Source: Podarcis bocagei (Eukaryota). Taken from it: DNA of 64,000 nucleotides. The notes below the pieces were generated by a model that did not search any database, was not told the origin of the DNA, and worked only from the letters and a program-made list of their open reading frames with translations. A program made the position numbers and the translations under genes. Location of the stretch: assembly GCA_964188305.1 (NCBI GenBank), contig OZ076885.1, one strand, 5' to 3'. Numbering within the stretch: the stretch's first letter is position 1; each line of letters begins with the position of its first letter. Below, piece by piece: positions 24,201-34,413 of this stretch.

Positions 24201-24836
24201 ATGCCTGTTCAGCAACAGCAAGGCCATAAGAATTACCCCTGTGAAAGGCTGCATGGAGCCAATTGGGAAGCCTGGTCAAAACGCATGTATTACTGGCTGG
24301 CAGAAAAGCAACTATGGGAAAGTACACAGGCTGAAACAGGCTTTGCCCAGCCCATTAAGAAGTTTACAGGCGCAGTGGAGGCTTGTGAAGGAGACGTGGC
24401 TGATGCTCTAGAGAAGCCCTGGGTAGCGTGGCAGCCACTGAAGACAGCATGTCAGGCCACAGTGGCAGCCAGACCAGAGGGGGCTGGAAGCCCAGAAGGG
24501 GCTGTGGGACGCCCAGAAAGCCCAGAGGGGGCTAGAGGATGCCCAGAAAAAGTACCAAGCCCAGAGGGGGCTGAGGCTGTTTTGGGAAGCTGTTTCTACG
24601 CTTCAATAAATCTGTGTGATGGACTGTGGGCTGGAGAGAGGCTGAGAGCTGGGAAGAGGAAGGCAGTTACAAGTTGTTCCTCAGGCAGCAGAGCACCCAG
24701 AAGTGGGGGTGCAAGCCAGGCAAGCCGTTCCAAGAGCTCTAAGAAAGCCAAAGTCTCCAAGAGTTGTTTGTGTTCTGAGGCGAAGTCCAACCGCAAAAGG
24801 CATTGCCCTGCAATTGGCAGCTGGATGCAAGGCTAA
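24201..24836 (+). CDS. 211-aa ORF resembling a Ty1/Copia gag N-terminus, with PEGA repeats, captured inside the ERV
   Basis: ERLHGANWEAWSKRMYYWLAEKQLWE resembles the Copia gag N-terminal (DUF4219-like) motif; degenerate knuckle CLCSEAKSNRKRHCP. Confidence 0.5.
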   Translation: MPVQQQQGHKNYPCERLHGANWEAWSKRMYYWLAEKQLWESTQAETGFAQPIKKFTGAVEACEGDVADALEKPWVAWQPLKTACQATVAARPEGAGSPEGAVGRPESPEGARGCPEKVPSPEGAEAVLGSCFYASINLCDGLWAGERLRAGKRKAVTSCSSGSRAPRSGGASQASRSKSSKKAKVSKSCLCSEAKSNRKRHCPAIGSWMQG

Positions 24837-24842
24837 TGTCCA

Positions 24843-26101
24843 GAAGTTGAGACATTACTGGAAGCAGTATGGGGTCCCGAAGAGATTGCCGTGATGCACT
24901 GCAAAGGCCATGGGAGAGGCCGGGACATGGTCACTAGGGGCAACCGGAAGGCAGACAACGCGGCCCGTGAAGCAGCTTTGAAACCTCCACCAGCACTCAA
25001 CGCAGCCCTCATCCCACAACTCACTCCAGACGATGTGGAACCACGCTACACACCGGAGGAGCAACAGTGGGCACGCCAGGAAGGAGTAACACTCCAGGAG
25101 GGATGGTTCCGTCTACCAGAAAACCATGTGTTTCTGCCCCAACATCTGGCTAGCGTGATTGTGAAGAATTACCACAAGTCCACTCATCTAGGGGGTCCAG
25201 CTGCCAGAGCACACCTTGGGAGACTTTTCTATATCACTAACCTTTCTCAACTAGTTGCTGCTATATCCCAGAGGTGTGTCCTGTGCGCCAAGAACACCCC
25301 CAGACAAGGCCACCTCCCTCCGCTGGGTGTACAACACGTGGGCTTCACCCCTATGGAGAGCCTGATTGTGGACTTCACTGAATTGCCTCCAGTTAGGGGT
25401 ATCAAATACCTGCTTGTGTTTGTCTTCACGCTGACGGGCTGGACAGAGGCATACCCCATTAGAACAGAGATACCTCGTGAAGTGTCCAAGAAACTGTTAC
25501 ATGAACTCATACCCCGATTTGGCCTCCCCAGAAGTATTGGCAGTGACAATGGCCCTGCCTTCATTGATAAAGTTGTACAAGAAGTGTGCAAGGCGCTGCA
25601 GATAAACTGAAGGTTACACGCAGCCTACAGACCCCAGAGTTTGGAAAAACCTGAGCGTATGAATCGCACCTTGAAGGCCCACTTGGCCAAGTTGACCCAG
25701 GAGCCGGGACTACACTGGATAGATGTCCTACCCATTGCCTTGTTTCGAATTTGGAGTGCTCCAACCAAGAAACTGATACTATCACCCTTTGCACTTTTCT
25801 ATGGCAGACCAACCCCTTTCGTCCGAGACATCCCCGCCAGTTTGGGGCGGGTGGGAGATCACATCACTCAGGAACAAGTGCAATTCCTGTCCCCGTGTGT
25901 GTTTGCTTCCCTTTCCAGGTACTACCTCGAGCCTACACCGTGCAGTCTCGCTGAGCCGGTCCACCAGTTCCAGCCGGGTGACAGCGTGGAAGCGCAACCC
26001 CCCTCATCCCTAAGTGGCGAGGCCCGTATACCGTCCTCCTCTCCATCCCAACTGCGGTGAGAGTAGCCGACGTGATTCCCTGGGTGCATCACACGCGTCT
26101 G
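24843..26101 (+). pseudogene. pol: ERV pol fragment: RNase H C-terminus and integrase (in-frame stop at 25608-25610, frameshift near 26000)
   Basis: LLEAVWGPEEIAVMHCKGH...GNRKADNAAREAA; HHCC (YHKSTHLG/CVLC); DDE (IVDFTELP, SDNGPAF, ERMNRTLK); GPY/WVHH C-terminus. Confidence 0.92.
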
Positions 26102-26233
26102 ATCATCACCTTGTGTCTGACGCTACCGGAAACGCGTTGGGCCACGGGCAACGTGATCCTGCGACTGATCATCACAAGGACTTTCACAAGGACTTTCCCC
26201 TTTTCTCTATAATGTTCTGTATTGATTTGCTCT

Positions 26234-26536
26234 ATGTCCTATTGCCCTGACCCCACCGAGCCATACCGACCCTATTGGCCTGCGGACCTCTGCTACGACT
26301 GGTTCGTCTTGCCAGTGGTAAGAAACGGCGTGCTCATTGGCTATTGGGAACAGGGCTTTGATGAGGTTGCCGTATTGAAACATCCCACTACCCCACTGTG
26401 GCTTCTCTTCCACACCACTGTCCAGCGCACATGGGTACTGCTCCTACGGGAAGTTGCAGAGACGGTCGAAATCTATCGAGTTCTGGACCGCTCTTGCTGT
26501 TGTGGGGGGGGGAACCAACTGTCACTCAGGGGGTAG
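26234..26536 (+). CDS. orphan 100-aa ORF between integrase and env (candidate retroviral accessory gene)
   Basis: ATG at 26234, uninterrupted, complex aromatic-rich sequence MSYCPDPTEPYRPYWPADLCYDWF...EIYRVLDRSCCCGGG. Confidence 0.45.
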   Translation: MSYCPDPTEPYRPYWPADLCYDWFVLPVVRNGVLIGYWEQGFDEVAVLKHPTTPLWLLFHTTVQRTWVLLLREVAETVEIYRVLDRSCCCGGGNQLSLRG

Positions 26537-27138
26537 AGCACTGTACCAACCCCATCTGGTAGACCAGGTCCTAATCTTAATCCAGGTGTTGCATGGGACG
26601 GAGCCTATCTTAATGCAAATATTGCAGGGGAGGGAGCCTGAACCAGGTGCACATTGACAAGTGCCAGTAAATCCTGCAGCCCCACCTGTGGTTGTCGTGG
26701 TGGCTCGAGCCTCCCAAAAATCCCAGAATACTGCCTGAACTACTGGGCCTGGTAACTCCACATCTAATACCCTTGAATGTGGTAGGGTATTCTTGTGGCT
26801 GCATAAGGGTTGCCACCCCAGGCTTCAGCCTCCATAGGCCCTGGTCAGAGACCACGTAGGTGACCTCCACCTAGTAGGACCAGCCTTTGAACTTTACAGA
26901 GTCTATTGCCATCCCTATAGCTCCTGAGGCCTAACAGTGTATCAGTGCCAGGCGGCCACTTTTCCCTGTGTAGAGTGGGAACGCTATGTGTGTAGACGCT
27001 GTTCACGCCTCAGTAGGGCCAGGAGTTAGAGGCCCACATGACCTGGCCTTCGTGGGCCCCCATCCCTTTGGCTTGTGGTATTTCTGTGTTGGTGGTACAG
27101 TTCTTTGTTCTGGGGCACCGAACATCCCTCGCATCAGG

Positions 27139-27545
27139 ATGTGGATCATACCCTGCCTCCTGATGGTTCTCACCTCTCAAATGGCCACAGGGTGGAAGGA
27201 AAACACCTTCCTGAATATGACAACAGCTGTAGCTAAGAGCCTGAACAGGTCTGAGTGTTACAGGCTGATTTGTACCACAAAATTAGTCTAGATGGTGCAG
27301 GTCTCCCCAGTGTATGTAGTTGAATTAGTTCTTAACTCCCAGGTTGGTCATGGTTAAAAGAGATTTTGCTTGTGATTTTACTTCTCTTCGTTATCGTATT
27401 ACTCTTATCATGCTTTTTGCCTTGCCTTATTCAGATTGTACGCCAAATGGTAAGCCGCTCAGTTAATGCAGCAACACGTACCTATATCCTGGCTCTCTAT
27501 GATATTGTACCTATAGGTCCATCAAGCGAAAATGGAGAACCGTGA
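27139..27545 (+). pseudogene. env: ERV env with a large internal deletion (signal peptide/SU start plus TM anchor and tail)
   Basis: MWIIPCLLMVLTSQMATG-WKENTFLNMTTAVAKSLNRSEC, then from 27336 LPGWSWLKEILLVILLLFVIVLLLSCFLPCLIQ...GEP*. Confidence 0.85.
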
Positions 27546-27565
27546 CCGGTCAGCATTTTCGTGAT

Positions 27566-27578
27566 GGAAAGGGGGGAA
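27566..27578 (+). promoter_or_regulatory. polypurine tract
   Basis: GGAAAGGGGGGAA immediately before the 3' LTR. Confidence 0.9.
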
Positions 27579-28312
27579 TGGAGGGGTGAAGGTCAGGATG
27601 ACCAATGGAGAGCCAGGCTAAGAATCTCTGAAGCCATATTATAGAGCCATCTAAAAGCTAAAAGCACAAAGCCATTTTAGAAAGCAAAAGACTATTTCTC
27701 TTTCTCATGTTTGTCACTTTGCCACCTTTTGCAGAGGCAGCAAGCATGCAAGCTTGTGGGTGCAGCTAGCTTGCCCCTGCAGGAAGTTTGCCAGTTGAGG
27801 TTAAGCCATTTCTGAGAAACGACCCCTGACAAAGGCAAGTAGCAGGATGTTTGCTGACCGCCAGGCTCCAGATATAACGCTTAGGTGTGAAGTTGCTAAA
27901 CCACAAGGACATTTCTTGGAAGCGGGGGGTTCAGGGGCACTTCCTGGAACTAGTAAAGAGGTTAAGTAGATTATAAGCCAGTAGCGCCACCTAGTGGAAT
28001 AGGCAACTTGGAACCGAAAGGCCACCACCAAATTTATTCATTGGTTGAGCTTTAATGAATATGTATCAATGACCATAGGAAATTGTCAATCATTGGCTAA
28101 AGGGATGCCAAGGGGCTGAACTATGCTTTGCAGAAAGGTATATAAGTTAACTGCCCCTAAGGAGGGGTGGGCATTTTCTCTCATTTTGGCAGCTGAATGC
28201 ACCCCTTTGCTTTGCTTGTCTGACAAATAAACCAAAGTCAATAAAACTTTTGTAATTAAAATATTGCTGCCTGGATTTTTCCATTCTGGTCTGTATTCTG
28301 AAGTCTCTAACA
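27579..28312 (+). repeat. ERV 3' LTR
   Basis: Direct repeat of 21303-22036, no difference seen by eye; preceded by the PPT. Confidence 0.95.
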
Positions 28313-28316
28313 ATAT

Positions 28317-29870
28317 GGCACAAGAGATCTCCAGTCTTCCTTCTGACTCCTCCCAGTCTGCTCAAGGGAATTTTGATTCACTGGAGTTCTGTTACAAAAG
28401 TCCATTTTACATGGCCAGGGCTCTTCTTGTGGGGTGCTCTATCTCGTGGGCAGCATTGGAGCCTTTTGGCTCTTTGGCGGAGTGGACTTTGAGGAGCCAG
28501 ACTGGTTGGACAGAGAGTTCATTGCCTGCATGTTGTTTTTTTAGTGGGACAACAGGGGTTGGTGCAGCCATGCAAGGATTTAACAGGCAAGCTTCAGGTC
28601 TCGTTGGGTAGAGAGAATTGAATTAGATGCAGCAGCTCAGTTTTCTCGCCTTCCTTGAGAAAAACTGACTGTACTGCAGCAGAAGGGAGAGGAGGTGTTA
28701 GCATTAAAGAAAGTAACACTGAAGAAATTACAGGAACTCTCTGGTCACCTCAGTTTTGCATACCATGTGCTCACTCCTGGCAGAGCATTCATGAGATGGC
28801 TGTGTGATGCCACAAAAGCTATGAGAGCTGCATATCACAGGGTTAGGGTTATGTCAGAAATGAGGAAGGATCTTAGGCTAAGGATGGAATTTTTGAAACC
28901 ATTTAATGGTTTAAAGCTGACCTGCTTTTAGACGCAGCATAGGAAAAGGTCCATGAGAGCAGTATGGCAACATCATATGAGAAAATATGCCCCAGTTGGA
29001 GCCTTAAGGGACTACCTAGACATTAGAGGTCAGTCACTAGGACATCTGTTTTGTCCTGCCAACAGAGGCCCATTGATGAAGTTCCTATTTTGGACCATAA
29101 CCAAGAGGCCTTTGGAATGAATGGGTGCCTGTTTCCAGGACTTCAGAACGCATTCATTTAGAATTGGGGCAGCACAAGAGGGAATTCATAGTATAGGCAG
29201 ATAGCAGTTTTCTGTCTATAAGTCATATGCATGGTTTCTGAAGGGGCAACGGAAAGACAGTTAATGTTTGTTTATTGTTCATTGTTGTTCTCTTGACAAG
29301 TGGCTGGGATGGAGGAGAATACCAAGTCAGAGTCTTCATTACAGCCACAGCATAGTTTTTGGGGCCAGCCATAGGACAACAGGCCCAAATGGAGCTTAGC
29401 CAGATGCAGGCAGTTCAATGGTTGGGTAAGCGGGCACTTGCTCAGGAAAGGGTGTTGCCCGCTATCTTCCAGAAGGGTGTGGTCAAGCAGCCACCTCACT
29501 TGCTGGTTCTGCATATGAGTGGCAATGACCTCAGGCTGGTGAAATGCAAAGTTTTTATTTTACAAGCTTGTTTTGATTTTGATGCTATTAGATGAAGGTG
29601 GCCCAGGGTGTTGATTCTTTAATCAAATATCTTACCTGGGAAAGTGTGGCAAGGGCATTCAATAGACTAGAAAGGAAAGTGAACAGGGTATTGAGGAAAG
29701 CTTTGCAGCAGATGGTGGCAAAGTGATAAGACACCCTGAGATAAAGTATAACAGGACTGGACTTTCTAGATAAGGTAGAATATATTTATCAGATATGGGA
29801 AATTAAACTTCCCTGGTGGATCTGCATAGGGATGTGAAGTTAGCGATACTGGAGAGGTCGGAGAAGAAAT
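28317..29870 (+). mobile_element. Ngaro/DIRS-group retrotransposon, right part: RT, tyrosine recombinase and SGNH-hydrolase-like remnants
   Basis: FYMARALLVGCSISWAALE (RT); KKVTLKKLQELSGHLSF...PGRAFMR..; CPVGALRDYL...RTHSFRIGAA (YR); HSIVF...LLVLHMSGNDL...IRHPEI (SGNH-like). Confidence 0.75.
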
Positions 29871-29896
29871 GCTAAGTTGTGACTTGTCCTCCTGCA

Positions 29897-30279
29897 TGTT
29901 AGGATATTTCCGTTCCACCTTAAAAGGGAGCAGGATGTTTGTGTCACAGCCTGCGTATTTCCTGTTTTCACAGGATGTTTCTGTTGTGTCTTTGCTTTTG
30001 TTTCACTCTCTCTGTGTCGGAGACACTGACGCAGGCAGTCATGTCTTTCTTTGTTCTGATCAATGCTGAATAAACTTGTAAATAATGCTCTCCTGAGTGC
30101 GACTTTTGCTGTGCATTATCTGCTGACAGAGTGTGCATGAGCTCTGGAATGTGGCAAGATATTTTCTAGAAACTCATGTCACTAATTGCTGATACTGCGT
30201 GCCTACGGGAGATCGATGGATCGTCCGGCAGACGGCTTGGGGCCATGATGGACTTTGTCTCCCTGGCAGTATCCCAACA
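29897..30279 (+). mobile_element. solo LTR (383 bp, Copia-like termini)
   Basis: TGTTAGGAT...ATCCCAACA, 5-bp TSD CTGCA, internal AATAAA near 30069. Confidence 0.8.
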
Positions 30280-33200
30280 CTGCAATGGCAAAATTGTGCA
30301 GGGAAACGGAAGAGGTTGGAAGAAACTGAGTACCCTGTTCAGGTGAATAGCAATTCCTAAGACTTTCATGTAGGCACTTGTGAGGCAAGGAATGGGTTAC
30401 TTTTGAAGCTATCCTGTGTCACTAACTATGGGGCTACAGTGGGACGAGAATGAGGAAGGCCTGCCTCCTCACTTGAAGAGGTGTGGCATGGGAAAGGGGT
30501 GGAATTAATGCTCCCTTTCCTCTTTGCAGGGTAGGCTTGCCCAACAATGACAGGCGTAGGAGCCTGGTAGTTTATATTTCCTGCACATCCTCTTTCCCCT
30601 CTGCAGATCGCAAGATCAACTGTAATTTTAAAAGGGATCCTTGTGCCTTGTTTATTTGTGATGTCCCCACACAGTGCTTTCATCTGTCACCTTCTCTGGG
30701 TCTTAATTTCTGGCAATTCCTCCCATAAAAGCCCCTTGTCATTGCTCTCTGTTTCCCATTGAAGTGATGTGCCCATGGCATAACCATTGAAAACATCAGC
30801 AAATGAGAGTAGGCTATCATGCAGGCCTCAAATACCGCAGAATCTGGGGTCAAGGTTGGCCCGAGTTACTAGTTTACTGAGAAACCATCAAAAGTTACAA
30901 TTATCTTCAATTCTGATCCCTTTAAAATGGGAACAATAACAACCCTACCATTTTGTTGGGAGGCCAAATAGGAGTTGTGGTACAAGTGGATTTCATCAGT
31001 CTGTGTATTTGTTTATTAACAAACTTTGTATGCCGCCTCATAACATAAAGCTTTCTAGGCTGCTTACATATTTCCAAACATAGGAGCCAGCTACCAGGAG
31101 CCGTGGGGGCTTTGGCCCCCACAATAAAAAATTTGAGGGTGCTGCCCCCCCCAGCTGATGGGCATTCCCATTCAAATGGTTTGTGTGCATTGCATCATGT
31201 GATTGGTTTTGTGGGACAGGGCTTACCTAGGCCCCCACAATAGTTTATTCAAGTTGGCACCTCTGTTTCCAGATGTTGTTCACTTTGGCCAGTCAAAAGC
31301 AGGAAATGCTGCTGCAGCAGCTGTGGAGGTTACAAACATATATTTCTAAACTTCAGGTCCAACCCGAACGAGAACAAGGACGTCTTTTGTAGCACTTTTA
31401 TGCTTTGGTCATTTTCCATCAAGAAAATGGAACTTTCAAGCTGCTCCTGCCACACAAAGTACTGAATGTCCTCTGCTTTTTAGCAGGTTTCCTATGAGCT
31501 GACATGAAAGCACTAACCATCTAGTTCTCCAGTGCCCTTATTATCTGCACTCTTCCCAGCTCCCATTTCGCACTGTCACTGTAACCTTAGAAAATATAGA
31601 AGCCACAGGAGGAAATAGATCTGGAGTTGCTGAATGTTGAGAGGAAAGGCACTGATGCTTGACGCACTCGATATTTTTGATGCTCTTTCTGCTTTCTGCC
31701 TCCCTCCCTTTCATGGCTAACTTTGTACTTTCCATTCACATGTTCATGTTTGGGAGAGCTTGTTTAGGCAGCTGGCAGGGCCCCCAAGCCCCAACAGGGC
31801 CCACTAGCGCTGGCTTCCAAGCCTTGGGCTTACCTGGTGGCAGCAGTGGCAGGCAGCTATTTTAATTTCCCAGAATGACCCTGATGTCACATTGCTCTAG
31901 GGCACTGTGGGGAAATAAACTTGCCACCTGCAATCAGATCACATAACTAAATTGGCCTGTGTTTGATGCAGCACCTTATTATTCCTCTCTAGTCCTATAT
32001 GAAATGCCGCTTTGTTTTATCATTTCAGATGTCCCAGAAATGGACCAACTGAGCTGTTTTTATTGTTGAAAGTATTTTCTGGCTGACAATGGGTTCACAA
32101 AAGTGTTTTAATGTGTGGTTCTCAACACTAAAATGCTTTCACAAAGCTGTCTAGCACATCCCAGTCTGTTCTGCAACCATCTTGATGTGAAAATTACTTT
32201 TCTAGCCTGTTCCATTTTGTTCTGCCTTTTACATTTACTGTCAAATTGAATAACGATCAAAGACTTACTGTTCTTTATACACATATTTAAAGCACTTAAG
32301 AAATGTTCTGTTTCCAGTCTAGAGTATGTTGGTGGAGTAACTTATTGTTAGGACAACCAATTTGGCTTGAACCTAGTTTCCCAGTTGGAGGCACAGCCTT
32401 AACTTAAAGAAAATTCGGCCTTCACTGCTACCCTCACTAATAACCAAAGGACTACATACTGTTGCACACCACCCCAATATCCAAGCAGTGCAAGGTTCAG
32501 AGGTTCCAGGCACTTACCCTGGGTTTGGTTTCCTCGGAATAAGAGACAGCAGAGACTGTGGTGTCTTTATGATATATGGTTTATTTACACATATATACAA
32601 CCTGTTGGGGGTGGGGGTGGGGGCTCACAGCATTAACACCTCAATAAGTTATTGCTTCTTCCATAGCCAGTGTCTTGGATTCAAGCAGAAATCAAGCATG
32701 GTTCTCCCTTACAGGCTTCTGCTTGCAACCTGCTTGTAACTTCTAACTCTCACCTTTGTCTTTTGTCAAAAACTTTTGCAAGGAATATAGAAATATATAA
32801 GCAGCAGTATGAAATTGGAGAAACGCAATAGGAAAAAATAAGAGGCTTGTTTTTGTTATGTGGACGCATAATTCCATCTGCTTGTAATCCTGTTAAGCAA
32901 ATTGATGTGCTCCAAGCAGCTCAGCGCGTAAAGCATGTAAGAGCCTGCAGAGTTAAGAGCGCGGATTGAACAATGCCCCTAAGGACCACCTTAAAAGGCA
33001 CAAAATCCCCTCCAATGTGATTCTGCGTTGGTTCAAACAATAAGCTGCCTATTACTATGAGTGACTTGTGAGACACTGAAATAGGAAATTATGACCATTA
33101 TAAAACCAGTCCGTTGTGATTTATGCTGATGCTGAATTGATAGGTGCCGCGGTAAAAGAGCAAAACAAAACAACTGAACCAGAAATTGCTCTGGCTACAA

Positions 33201-33634
33201 AGAGGAAGTAAGTGTGCAAAGAACTGCCCGCAGGGACCAGGAAATAACTAACTAAAGGGCCAGTATAGAAGTGCTCTGAGCTAAATTAACAGGAAACACA
33301 ATTTGAAGAGCCGGAATCCACAAAAAGCCCCCTTGGTAACAGCCTTTACTAGACAGTCAGTTGCTATAATTGCATTGAAAGCCTGAAAAATCGAAACAAA
33401 CCAAGTTGCTTAAAATACAGAAGAATACACAAAAAACAACAACACTAGAATTGGTTACAATGTTCTCTGTAATAACAACTGAGTGAGAAAATGATATTAA
33501 TTCCAGAGAAACAGTGTGAGGAAACAATTAAAAAAAACCACCTGTCTCCCTTAAAGCACATCAAGCGAGTCATGATCCTATGGGGACACCTAGTGAACAT
33601 CCTCATAGGCAAAGAAATATTACATTATAATATA

Positions 33635-33893
33635 CCGTATTTTTCGCTCTATAAGACGAACCAGACCACAAGATGCACCTAGTTTTTGGAGGAGGAAGAC
33701 AAGAAAAATAATATTCTGAATCTCAGAAGCCAGAACAGCAAGAGGAATCGCTGTGCAGTGAAAGCAGCAATCCCTCTTGCTGTTCTGGCTTCTGTGATAG
33801 CTGCGCAGCCTGCATTCACTCCATAAGACGCACACACATTTCCCCTTACTTTTTAAGAGGGAAAAAGTGAGCCTTACAGAGCAAAAAATACGG
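33635..33893 (+). mobile_element. Tc1/mariner/pogo-type MITE (CCGTA TIR)
   Basis: Near-identical to 18735-18994; TA TSD. Confidence 0.9.
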
Positions 33894-34379
33894 TAGATCT
33901 TTTAGAGTACATTAATAGAACAAGCACAGGTACACACACCCTGAATATGCTCCCTAAGAGTAGCATAAGAAGCTATTCTGCTTCTGCATGAGCACTAGGA
34001 TTCTCAGGCATAATCTTCTGAGTTTTAAGATTGAGGGCTAAGGGTATTTGGGGCATAATGCTAGAGAAGTATGTAGCGGCTGTTCAGATCGTTGGAAAAG
34101 CTTGGGGGGGGGTTGGCCCAGGAAAGGGCATTCTCTGTGGGTGTCCGTAAGTTGTGGAAGTGTCATCCCACAGAGGCTTGCCTGGCACCTGTGTTATACT
34201 GATATCACTGACTGCTGAAGACACACCTCTTTGCCTTGACTTCTGATACCTGATACAGGTTTTTTAGAACCCACCTTGTTCTGTAATTTTCAGTTGTTTT
34301 AAACTGCTTTTAATATTGTGTTTTAATTGTTGTAACCCACCCTGAGACCTTGAGGTGAAGGGAAGACTGTAAACTGTTT

Positions 34380-34380
<1 letters not shown>

Positions 34381-34412
<32 letters not shown>

Positions 34413-34413
34413 A
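34381..34413. repeat. (TTG)n microsatellite
   Basis: Seen directly. Confidence 0.9.

Larger units (their letters stand above)
21303..28312 (+). mobile_element. class I (ERV1, gamma/epsilon-like) endogenous retrovirus, non-autonomous mosaic provirus
   Basis: Two 734-bp TG...CA LTRs offset by 6276 bp, 4-bp TSD ATAT, PBS, PPT, and gag/RNaseH-IN/env remnants. Confidence 0.95.

Noticed and set aside
27139-27545. Possible co-opted syncytin-like env
   Set aside because: Most of SU/TM is deleted, including the fusion peptide and ISD region, and stops separate the signal peptide from the anchor
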